Below the pieces are notes generated by a model. That model was not told the DNA's origin. It saw nothing but the letters and a program-made list of their open reading frames with translations, and ran no database searches. Both the position numbers and the translations under genes were made by a program. Positions 8,365 to 15,814 of a stretch of 64,000 nt of DNA are shown here, in pieces. Source of the DNA: a candidate division WOR-3 bacterium (GTDB taxonomy: Bacteria > Hydrothermota > Tepidihabitantia > B3-TA06); NCBI GenBank assembly GCA_023128825.1, contig JAGMDF010000082.1, positions 8,626 through 72,625 of the forward strand, read 5' to 3'. The stretch's first letter is position 1, and every line of letters starts with the position of its first letter.

Positions 8365-8604
8365 TTAGGAGGACTTGTTTGTTTTGGAGTTCTTCGTTCT
8401 AGACAACTCGGATGCAGAATCCTTACGTTTATAGTCGGTTTCGTAAAAACCACTCCCCTTGAAGATAACCCCTATACCTGTACCTATGAGGCGTTTAACA
8501 GGACTGCCGCACTTCGGACAGCGGCGCAAAGGCTCAGCTGAGATCGGCTGCAGGCGCTCAAAGGCGTATCCGCATACCTTGCAACGGTACTCGTAGATCG
8601 GCAT
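8365..8604 (-). CDS. FmdB-family zinc-ribbon putative regulatory protein
   Basis: Start set at ATG 8604 (MPIYEYRCKVCGYAFERLQPISAEPLRRCPKCGSPVKRL), the canonical CxxC...CxxC FmdB N-terminus. The upstream 9 codons of the track ORF are discarded. Confidence 0.85.
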   Translation of the reverse strand: MPIYEYRCKVCGYAFERLQPISAEPLRRCPKCGSPVKRLIGTGIGVIFKGSGFYETDYKRKDSASELSRTKNSKTNKSS

Positions 8605-8613
8605 ACAACTAAA

Positions 8614-8642
8614 ATTATAGTCCGCACTCACCCCCTTGTCAA
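8614..8642 (-). promoter_or_regulatory. Promoter of the FmdB-like gene (TTGACA-17-TATAAT), near-leaderless
   Basis: The minus strand reads TTGACA(8642-8637)-17 nt-TATAAT(8619-8614), with only 9 nt to ATG 8604 and no SD. Confidence 0.6.
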
Positions 8643-8643
8643 G

Positions 8644-8671
8644 TTGACAAATTCACATGATCGTGTAGAAT
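8644..8671 (+). promoter_or_regulatory. Promoter of the HEAT-repeat gene (TTGACA-16-TAGAAT)
   Basis: TTGACA at 8644-8649 and TAGAAT at 8666-8671. Its -35 box and the divergent one form the palindrome TTGTCAAGTTGACAA (8636-8650). Confidence 0.6.
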
Positions 8672-8699
8672 ATATTAGATTAAAGGCAACTGGAGGAGT

Positions 8700-10280
8700 G
8701 TGATGTTTGTCTGGCTTCTACTTTTCAGTGCCCCGCTTGACTGCGGAGCTTTTGATGTAATGGCGTTTCGTTCCATAGAAGAGCGTCACGAGTACATAGA
8801 CTCCCTTGCCGGGGAGGATCTTTATGGGACGATAAGTCTGTTGAGTGAAGTCTTGAACTGCCCCTCGGAGCAGACGCGTATGTTTGCTGCCGAAGCTCTT
8901 GGGTATCTGAGTGACCCTGGAGCCACACCTGCCCTTAGTGCTGCGCTAAAGTCGCCCTCTACCGGGGTTCGCTACGAGGCCGCATGGTCATTGGGATTGT
9001 TGGGTGATACCTCAGCGGTGACGTCTTTGATTGAGGCGCTTTCTGATCGTGCGGCACCGGTGCGAACCAACGCCGCCTGGGCGCTGGGGGAGATCGCAGA
9101 CGCGCGGGCGATCGGCGCGTTACTGAAGGCCCTTGACGATACCGACCATCGCGTCCGCAAGAACGCAACCGAGGCCTTGGGTAAGCTCGAATCCAAGGAG
9201 GCGGTTCCTATTTTCCTTGAGCGCCTTTCTTCCCTTTCAGGTCCAGAACGCAACAGTACACTCGCCGCACTGACGAAGATCGCCGACCCCCGAGCCACCG
9301 AGGTTCTCGCCCAAGCCGCCACTAACCCCTCCGTTCCTGACCGCCACCTCATAGCACAGGCACTCGGTCGAATGGGCGACACCACCGCTGTAGAGACCTT
9401 GATAAAGCTCTTGGATGATCCCCGGTGGGCCGTTCGTGCGAAGGCGGCGTGGTCGTTGGGAATGCTTAAAGATAAACGCGCGGTAAAACCACTCCAGACA
9501 AAAGCTACAGACAAGAAATCCGAGGTAAGACAGGCGGTGTTCGAGGCGCTCGGACGCTTAGGCGAGATCTCGGCTGAGGACGTCCTGATCGAAGGTCTTG
9601 CGGATGAGAGCGACCTTTGCGTGATGGCCTCAGCACACGCCCTCGGGCTTCTGGGAAGCAGGAAGGCGCTAGAGCCTCTGATCGAGTTAATGTCCAACCC
9701 GGAACCACCGGTGAGGGAGCAGGTGGCCTTTGCCCTGGGCGCGATTGGAGATCCAGCCGCGGCTGCCTCACTGCGCGCGCGACTCAACGACGCCTCATGG
9801 GAGGTCCAACAGGCCTCCGTGACCGCTATCGGAAGGCTCAAGGACGCATCATCCCTCGAATCGCTGCGTCCGGTTTTGTTCCACAAGTTCTGGAGCATTC
9901 GCCTTGCAGGGGTACAGGCTCTGGGCGCAATCGGTGCTTCGGAAGGACTGCCCCTGCTCCAACAGCGCTTCAAGGACGAGCACCCGGACGTGCGGCGCTG
10001 GTCACATCTGGTGGCCTTGAAGCTGGGAGCCGATCCGGGGAAAGCCCTTACCGGTCTCAAAGAAGAAAACCCTTCCTCTGAGATGCTGGAGGCCGCAACC
10101 TACATGGCAGGAGAGGAGGAGTCGTTAGGACCATGGCAAGGAGAGCTGACAGAGGAACGCTTAAAGCTTCTTGAACTGGTTCATACCGATGAAGCCCGAG
10201 CATTACTTGAGTCGCTCTCCATCCCAGCGGACAACCCGGAGCTCGGCGAGCTGCGCTTGATTATCCTAAGGAGCTGGTAG
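8700..10280 (+). CDS. HEAT-repeat (PBS-lyase-type) protein
   Basis: More than 12 tandem units of about 31 aa of the type VR..AA.ALG..GD..AV..L..AL.D. The start is GTG 8700 or ATG 8703, behind GGAGGAG. Confidence 0.85.
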   Translation: MMFVWLLLFSAPLDCGAFDVMAFRSIEERHEYIDSLAGEDLYGTISLLSEVLNCPSEQTRMFAAEALGYLSDPGATPALSAALKSPSTGVRYEAAWSLGLLGDTSAVTSLIEALSDRAAPVRTNAAWALGEIADARAIGALLKALDDTDHRVRKNATEALGKLESKEAVPIFLERLSSLSGPERNSTLAALTKIADPRATEVLAQAATNPSVPDRHLIAQALGRMGDTTAVETLIKLLDDPRWAVRAKAAWSLGMLKDKRAVKPLQTKATDKKSEVRQAVFEALGRLGEISAEDVLIEGLADESDLCVMASAHALGLLGSRKALEPLIELMSNPEPPVREQVAFALGAIGDPAAAASLRARLNDASWEVQQASVTAIGRLKDASSLESLRPVLFHKFWSIRLAGVQALGAIGASEGLPLLQQRFKDEHPDVRRWSHLVALKLGADPGKALTGLKEENPSSEMLEAATYMAGEEESLGPWQGELTEERLKLLELVHTDEARALLESLSIPADNPELGELRLIILRSW

Positions 10281-10478
10281 AAGGACACCAGGATAAGAGC
10301 CGCAGGGTTAACCGTCAATGCCGAAAGTAGGGGGGACAGCGATGATGACTCTCGCAGGTCGCCATCCTTATGGTGCAGCTCCCTTACGGTCGCTACCCTT
10401 CGGACGAACCGCCGATTAGCTTTTTTAAGGAAGACTCTGGATCAGCTAGGAACGCCAATCCACTCTTAAGTGTAAAAT

Positions 10479-10522
10479 GGGGTCCCCGCGAGAATGCGAA
10501 GCAGGCTTGCGGGGTAAAAAAA
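10479..10522 (+). repeat. Family-B hairpin repeat, copy 1 (GGGGTCCCCGC-stem/loop-GCGGGGTAAAAAAA)
   Basis: GGGGTCCCCGCGAGAATGCGAAGCAGGCTTGCGGGGTAAAAAAA. Tandem with copy 2 at a 45-nt period. Confidence 0.8.
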
Positions 10523-10523
10523 C

Positions 10524-10566
10524 GGGGTCCCCGCAAGGAGGCGAAGCATCCTTGTGGGGTAAAAAA
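10524..10566 (+). repeat. Family-B hairpin repeat, copy 2; probable terminator of tRNA-Gln when read on the minus strand
   Basis: GGGGTCCCCGCAAGGAGGCGAAGCATCCTTGTGGGGTAAAAAA abuts the 3' end of tRNA-Gln. On the minus strand each hairpin is followed by a T-run. Confidence 0.75.
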
Positions 10567-10637
10567 CTGGGGGACAGGGACTCGAACCCCGATTAACTGA
10601 TCCAGAGTCAGCCGTCCTGCCATTAGACGATCCCCCA
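10567..10637 (-). tRNA. tRNA-Gln (anticodon CTG)
   Basis: The minus strand reads TGGGGGA-TC-GTCT-AATGGCA-GGAC-G-GCTGA-CTCTGGA-TCAGT-TAAT-CGGGG-TTCGAGT-CCCTG-TCCCCCA-G. The U1-A72 pair is typical of bacterial tRNA-Gln. Confidence 0.9.
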
Positions 10638-10684
10638 ATAGTCAAGATTGATTATAAGGGCCAGGCTAATAATGTCAAGCAGGC

Positions 10685-11956
10685 GTGGCTTTTCTTGATC
10701 TATACAATTCCCAGCGGTTGACTTCCGATCATCACACGATAGAATTCCGTGTGAAGCAAGGTCTAAGGCTTGGAATCTATCTTCATGATCGCTACCGCGG
10801 CGGCGGAAACTTTACTGTTTCCAACTCCGAATCGTTGAACTTCATCAAAAGGTTAAAACTCGCCGAGCAAATCTCCTTGGCCGTCTCGGTCACCCCCATT
10901 CAAGATATAGATCGTGGCAACTATCGAGTCGTTGCAGAAGAACTCGGTATAAACCTGCTGCCTTTGCCTGGCTGGCGTAGCCTTGCAGAGAGCTTAACTT
11001 CAATACCCTTTTCCTTGAGTCGAATTCTGAAGACTGCCCGTAACCTGCTGGCAAAAAGCGACATCCTTTGGTTACGTCTGCCTTCCGGGGTTGCTTTTTT
11101 CTTCTGGTGGCTTGCCAAAAAGCAAAACAAGCCGGTAATCATGCACGTATCGGGCAACGTATTAATCGTAGCCCGGTCACAGAAGTATAAAGGCCTGCGT
11201 CGTCTCACGGCTCGATTGGCTTCCTTTACGCTACACCTGTTGACTCGGTGGATGAGTCGTTATGGAATAACTTTGGTAAGCGGAGGAGAGCTGGAGAAGC
11301 TTTTCTCGACCCCATTACACCCTGTATACCAGCTTGACGATATATTACTTTCTGAAAAGAAGCTACTACCCCCCAAGAGAACCAAGGGAGAGGCAAAGGA
11401 TCTACTCTTCGTCGGGCGATTTGACCACGGCAAGGGCATAGAATTGCTGATTCAAGCTATCGAGGATTTGCGAGTTGATTTCCCAGGGATCAGGTTAAGG
11501 ATGGCGGGTGACGGTCCGCTACTTGAGCCTATGCAAAGATTCGTTGCGGAGCGCAACCTTGAAAAGAACGTAAGGATTCTAGGGTTCGTCCCCGCAACCG
11601 GGCCGCTCGAGCGGCTTTACAAGGAGGCGGATATATTTGTATTACCCTCCGACAAAGGTGAGGGTTTCCCAAGGGTTATTCTTGAGGCATGGGGGTCAGG
11701 ATTGCCTGTTCTGGCAACTCGCTTGGGCGGAATCCCTTACAAGATACACCACGACAAAAACGGCCTGCTTGTCACACCGGGCTCCCGCAAGGAATTATTC
11801 AACGCCCTGCACAGGCTTATTCAGGACGGCAACCTGCGCTATCGTTTGGCTAAAGGTGGATACGAGACGATACGTTCCTTGACCTTTGAACATCAGGCTC
11901 GGCGCATCAGAGAGCTGTTGCATCGGTATTACCCCCACCTTGGGGTCCATCCCTGA
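10685..11956 (+). CDS. Glycosyltransferase, GT4 (GT-B fold) family
   Basis: C-terminal GT1/GT4 signature: LLFVGRFDHGKGIELL...PSDKGEGFPRVILEAWGSGLPVLATRLGGIPYKIHHDKNGLLV. The GTG start is uncertain. Confidence 0.75.
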   Translation: MAFLDLYNSQRLTSDHHTIEFRVKQGLRLGIYLHDRYRGGGNFTVSNSESLNFIKRLKLAEQISLAVSVTPIQDIDRGNYRVVAEELGINLLPLPGWRSLAESLTSIPFSLSRILKTARNLLAKSDILWLRLPSGVAFFFWWLAKKQNKPVIMHVSGNVLIVARSQKYKGLRRLTARLASFTLHLLTRWMSRYGITLVSGGELEKLFSTPLHPVYQLDDILLSEKKLLPPKRTKGEAKDLLFVGRFDHGKGIELLIQAIEDLRVDFPGIRLRMAGDGPLLEPMQRFVAERNLEKNVRILGFVPATGPLERLYKEADIFVLPSDKGEGFPRVILEAWGSGLPVLATRLGGIPYKIHHDKNGLLVTPGSRKELFNALHRLIQDGNLRYRLAKGGYETIRSLTFEHQARRIRELLHRYYPHLGVHP

Positions 11957-12014
11957 TCTGAACCTTGTGATTGCTGTCCCATTGATGAGGGGAATCGCAG
12001 CAGGCCCTCATGTA

Positions 12015-12042
12015 TTGACAGTTGCACGGCAATCAATAGACT
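12015..12042 (+). promoter_or_regulatory. Promoter (TTGACA-16-TAGACT) of the leaderless CDP-alcohol transferase/NTP-transferase/G1PDH operon
   Basis: TTGACA at 12015-12020 and TAGACT at 12037-12042. ATG 12048 lies only 5 nt after the -10 box, and there is no SD. Confidence 0.6.
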
Positions 12043-12047
12043 AGCGG

Positions 12048-12722
12048 ATGAGGAAAATCCCGTCATATCTTAAAGAAACCGACGCCTGGAGCACGGTTCT
12101 CTTTGCCGATCCCCTGGGCATCCCTCTGGCAAGGCTGCTTTCGCATACATCCATCCATCCCAATGTGGTCACGATAGCAAGCCTGGTGCCTGCCTTGGCT
12201 TGTACCTATTTCTTCTGGCGCGGCGATTCCCTCTCGCTTCTATGGGGAGCACTTTTGTTCCAGCTCGCGTGGATTCTCGATTGTACCGACGGCAAGCTTG
12301 CCAAGATGACGGGCAAACAGACGGAGTTTGGAACAAAGCTTGATCCTAAAGTCGACTTCGTGCGCAAACTTCTTACACTGGCAGCCCTGACGTGGGGTAT
12401 ATACCGTCAATTCGGAATCATATGGCTTTTTGTCACCCTGGGTGGCGTTATGTTCCACTACGGTATCCACTTTGTTATTCATCACACTCCGCCACGCATC
12501 AGACAGAAGGAGATACCTCAGGCTCCGGCTGAGGTGAGACTGATCCGCCGGGTAGGACAGCTCTACACAGCCTACGACGAGCAGTTCTTTATCCTTTTCC
12601 TGGGTCCGGCATTGGCCTGGCTTACGCCCCATCTGCCCACCTACGTGATATGGGGTGCAAGCCTCCTTTATGCAATAACCATCCTGATTATCAAGATTCA
12701 GATGAAGCAGAGGGGAAGATGA
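12048..12722 (+). CDS. CDP-alcohol phosphatidyltransferase-family membrane protein
   Basis: Complete signature DG-x2-A(K)-x8-G-x3-D-x3-D in LDCTDGKLAKMTGKQTEFGTKLDPKVD. Several hydrophobic helices. Confidence 0.85.
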   Translation: MRKIPSYLKETDAWSTVLFADPLGIPLARLLSHTSIHPNVVTIASLVPALACTYFFWRGDSLSLLWGALLFQLAWILDCTDGKLAKMTGKQTEFGTKLDPKVDFVRKLLTLAALTWGIYRQFGIIWLFVTLGGVMFHYGIHFVIHHTPPRIRQKEIPQAPAEVRLIRRVGQLYTAYDEQFFILFLGPALAWLTPHLPTYVIWGASLLYAITILIIKIQMKQRGR

Positions 12723-13444
12723 AGGCCATCATCCTGGCCGCAGGCGAAGGTCGCAGGCTTCATCCCCTTACCATCGACCGTCCCAAGGCAATACTCGAGG
12801 TTGGTGGAAGGATGTTGATCGAAAGAGCGCTGTCTGCATTGCGGGGCGCGGGGATTGAAAGATCAGAGGTGATCATCCTGTCCGGACACAAGGTCGAGAA
12901 GTTGAAAGAGGCAGCGCCGGATTGCCGGTTCATTCACAACGAAATCTATGATACAACCAACAACATCTACTCCCTGTGGCTGGCCAGGGGTGAGCTTGTC
13001 GGTCAAGAGTTTTTCCTGCTCAACAGCGACGTCCTTTTTGCTTCGCAGATGGTCAAGGACATACTCCAGGATGCCAGAAGTAGCCTGATGATGGTGGATG
13101 ACGTAAATCCTCTGGTTAAGGAAGAGATGAGGGTGATGGTGAACGGGGAGCAAAGAATCACCGCTATCGCTAAGATCCTTGATCGGGAGCAAAGCGCGGG
13201 CGAATACATCGGACTTGCAAGATTCGGAAAAGACTTCTCTAAAGCGTTCTTTGATAAGATGGACGAGATGATTAAAGCAGGTGAAACCGGTGTGTGGTAC
13301 GAGAACGCCATCGCCGAGATCCTTGGTGAATACCCGATTTATTCCCTCAGTACACGGGGACTGCCCTGGATAGAGGTAGACACCCACGAGGATCTGGCAA
13401 AGGCTCAGGTTATTGCAAAAAAAATTGACAACCTGGAGGCCTAG
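12719..13444 (+). CDS. Nucleotidyltransferase (LicC/IPCT/GlmU-N-type, probable cytidylyltransferase)
   Basis: Start set at ATG 12719, which overlaps the upstream stop (ATGA). N-terminal MKAIILAAGEGRRLHPLTIDRPKAILEV and NNIYSLW motifs. Confidence 0.8.
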   Translation: MKAIILAAGEGRRLHPLTIDRPKAILEVGGRMLIERALSALRGAGIERSEVIILSGHKVEKLKEAAPDCRFIHNEIYDTTNNIYSLWLARGELVGQEFFLLNSDVLFASQMVKDILQDARSSLMMVDDVNPLVKEEMRVMVNGEQRITAIAKILDREQSAGEYIGLARFGKDFSKAFFDKMDEMIKAGETGVWYENAIAEILGEYPIYSLSTRGLPWIEVDTHEDLAKAQVIAKKIDNLEA

Positions 13445-14482
13445 ATGCCCATATTCGGAAGCAGCGTATCACTGCCCATACTGGTGAGGATCGAGGGTAA
13501 CCTGCTGGATAGGGTGAACGAACTCCTTCGCGAGTCCAACCTGCTCTTCACCAAGCCTTTGATAGTTACCATGAAAGAAATTCGATCTATGGCGGATGAG
13601 GTGTCGGCTGGATTCAAAGAACCGCACATCCACGAGATCACCGACAACTCCTACCCTCAGGTGGAGGAGATAGAGGAGGTCATTGATGAGGTCAGACCTG
13701 ACGTGCTCTTAGGTGTAGGAGGCGGCCGGGTGATAGACGTAGCCAAGTTCGCCGGCTCGCGGCGGATTCTTCCTGTGGTCAGCATCCCTACCTCGCTCTC
13801 CAACGATGGCATCTCATCGCCGGTAGCGGTGATTCGTTTCCGCAAAGGCACCCGCAGCGTGGGGGTAAACATGCCTACCGCGGTGCTCGTGGACCTGGGG
13901 GCGATTACCTCCGCGCCCCTCAAAAATCTCAAGGCAGGGGTGGGGGATCTTGTGTCCAACATCTCCGCAACCAACGACTGGCTGATCGCTTATCGCAAGA
14001 CCCACGAACACTACGATACGGTGGCCGCGCTCCTGGCTCGCAAATCAGCGTTCGAGATGCTTGATGCCAGGCGGATCAATCTTACAGACACCTCGTTTTT
14101 AAAGATCCTGGCCGAGGGGCTTATGCTCTCCGGCATCGCCATGGGTATTGCTGGAACCAGCAGGCCCTGCAGTGGTTCGGAGCATCTTTTGAGCCATGCC
14201 TATGACGAGCTTTATCCGGATAAAGTAACGTTGCACGGCGAGCAGGTGGCGATGTTTGCGGTATTTACATCCTATCTTCAGGACGAGCCCTCCGCCTCGG
14301 CCCAAGCCGAGTTCCTTAAGCGAAACGAGTTGATTGCCACCCCCAAGGATATCGGATTAGGGTTCGAGGATTTCAAGAGGATTGTCAAACACGCCCCTTC
14401 CACCCGCCCAGGACGCTACACTATCCTGGAAGAGGTTGACGAGGTGGATAGCGAGAAGGCCTTTCGCAAGGCTTACGGATAA
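13445..14482 (+). CDS. egsA: sn-Glycerol-1-phosphate dehydrogenase homologue (EgsA/AraM family, Fe-ADH_2 fold)
   Basis: Blocks GVGGGRVIDVAKF, IPTSLSNDGISSPVAVI, AGVGDLVSNISATNDWLIAY, RPCSGSEHLLSHAYD, LHGEQVA and RYTIL are collinear with my recollection of archaeal G1PDH (for example GIGGGRSID, PTTASNDGIASP, GMGDIVSNITAVLDW, RPASGSEHLFSHALD, LHGEQ). The ATG abuts the upstream TAG. Confidence 0.75.
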   Translation: MPIFGSSVSLPILVRIEGNLLDRVNELLRESNLLFTKPLIVTMKEIRSMADEVSAGFKEPHIHEITDNSYPQVEEIEEVIDEVRPDVLLGVGGGRVIDVAKFAGSRRILPVVSIPTSLSNDGISSPVAVIRFRKGTRSVGVNMPTAVLVDLGAITSAPLKNLKAGVGDLVSNISATNDWLIAYRKTHEHYDTVAALLARKSAFEMLDARRINLTDTSFLKILAEGLMLSGIAMGIAGTSRPCSGSEHLLSHAYDELYPDKVTLHGEQVAMFAVFTSYLQDEPSASAQAEFLKRNELIATPKDIGLGFEDFKRIVKHAPSTRPGRYTILEEVDEVDSEKAFRKAYG

Positions 14483-14583
14483 TCTTCTTTTCGCAACCCC
14501 TGGGGTAAAGGCTCTAATAAGTTACGTACAATGAGGAACTTATTAACAACATGCGGCAGGGTCCCGTTCTTTGATCTGTTATT

Positions 14584-14617
14584 CTGCAATCTTTTGTCCC
14601 CTGGACAAAAAGGAGCA
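14584..14617 (+). repeat. Family-A hairpin repeat (CTGCRATC-stem-loop-stem-GGAGCAT)
   Basis: CTGCAATC-TTTTGTCC-CCT-GGACAAAA-GGAGCAT. Confidence 0.75.
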
Positions 14618-14645
14618 TTCGATTTTTTTGGGGGCTTCGGGGGGG

Positions 14646-14673
14646 TTGACATCAAGATTTTGCGTCCTAATAT
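14646..14673 (+). promoter_or_regulatory. Promoter of fbp (TTGACA-16-TAATAT)
   Basis: TTGACA at 14646-14651 and TAATAT at 14668-14673. SD TAAGGAGGA precedes ATG 14726. Confidence 0.6.
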
Positions 14674-14725
14674 TCATAGAAATAGTCAAAATCTATCGTT
14701 CTCTTTGAATGATTAAGGAGGATTC

Positions 14726-15814
14726 ATGAGTAAGATAACGCTTTCCGTCATCAAGGCCGACGTCGGCGGTTACGTGGGACACTCGGCCTCGCATCCTGAG
14801 GTGATGGCCAAGGCAGAGGTGATGCTTGACGCAGCCAAGAGGGAGGGAAAGCTCATAGACTTCGAGGTCCTCGCCTGCGGTGACGATCTTGAATTGATCA
14901 TGACCCACACCCACGGCACCGACGCCGAGGTTATTCACAAGCTGGCCTGGGATACCTTTGTTGAAGGCACAGAGGTTGCCAAGAAATTAAAGCTGTACGG
15001 AGCCGGTCAGGATCTTTTAGCCGATGCCTTCTCGGGCAACGTGAAGGGCATGGGTCCGGGTTGTGCGGAGATGGAGTTCGAAGAGCGCAAGAGCGAACCG
15101 GTAATAATCTTCATGGCCGACAAGACCTCGCCCGGCGCGTGGAACTACCCGCTGTACAAGATATTCGCCGATCCGTTCAACACCGCCGGCCTGGTTATCG
15201 ATTCTTCAATGCATGAGGGCTTCACCTTCTTGATCAACGACCCGATGAAGAACAAACGGGTCAAGCTCAATACACCTGAAGAGATGTATGATCTGCTGGC
15301 GCTGATCGGCAGCCACGAGCAGTACGTGGTGGATACGGTGTACCGCAAGGACGGCCTCGTCGCGGCCAAGGCGTCCACACAGAAGCTGGCGCTGATTGCG
15401 GGCAAGTACGTGGGCAAGGACGACCCGGTGATGATCGTTCGCGCCCAGGCGGGCCTGCCAGCTGTGGGCGAGGTGCTGGAGCCGTTCAGCTTCCCCCACG
15501 TGGTCTCAGGCTGGATGCGCGGCTCTCACAACGGGCCCCTGATGCCGGTAAGCTTCAAACAGGCCACTCCGACCCGGTTTGACGGCCCTCCGCGCGTAAT
15601 CGCTGCCGGATTCCAGCTGGCAGACGGAAAACTGATCGGTCCGAGGGACATGTTCGACGATCCGTCGTATGACAGATCGCGAGCCATAGCTAATGAGGTA
15701 GCCGACTACCTGCGCCGCCACGGACCGTTCGAGCCGGGCAGGCTGCCCCACGGTGATATGGAGTACACCACCCTCCCGCAGGTGCTTGAGAAACTTGAAG
15801 ACAGGTTCTCCTAG
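14726..15814 (+). CDS. fbp: Bifunctional fructose-1,6-bisphosphate aldolase/phosphatase (class V FBPase)
   Basis: Near full-length collinearity with the archaeal-type enzyme as I recall it: SVIKADVGGYVGHS, GDDLELIMTH, GAGQDLLADAFSGNVKGMGPG, FMADKTSPGAWNYPLYKIFADPFNTAGLVID, GKYVGKDDPVMIVR, GWMRGSHNGPLMPV, TRFDGPPR. Confidence 0.95.
   Translation: MSKITLSVIKADVGGYVGHSASHPEVMAKAEVMLDAAKREGKLIDFEVLACGDDLELIMTHTHGTDAEVIHKLAWDTFVEGTEVAKKLKLYGAGQDLLADAFSGNVKGMGPGCAEMEFEERKSEPVIIFMADKTSPGAWNYPLYKIFADPFNTAGLVIDSSMHEGFTFLINDPMKNKRVKLNTPEEMYDLLALIGSHEQYVVDTVYRKDGLVAAKASTQKLALIAGKYVGKDDPVMIVRAQAGLPAVGEVLEPFSFPHVVSGWMRGSHNGPLMPVSFKQATPTRFDGPPRVIAAGFQLADGKLIGPRDMFDDPSYDRSRAIANEVADYLRRHGPFEPGRLPHGDMEYTTLPQVLEKLEDRFS

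Noticed and set aside
8972-10060. 362-aa antisense ORF inside the HEAT-repeat gene (plus 9505-9771 and 9617-10081)
   Set aside because: Arg/Ser/Ala-rich shadow frames of a GC-rich repeat gene. The plus-strand HEAT periodicity explains the region.
10479-10566. Possible CRISPR array (two 45-nt direct repeats)
   Set aside because: There are only two units, directly adjacent with no spacers, and no cas genes. The units are themselves hairpin-plus-T-run terminator-like elements next to a tRNA.
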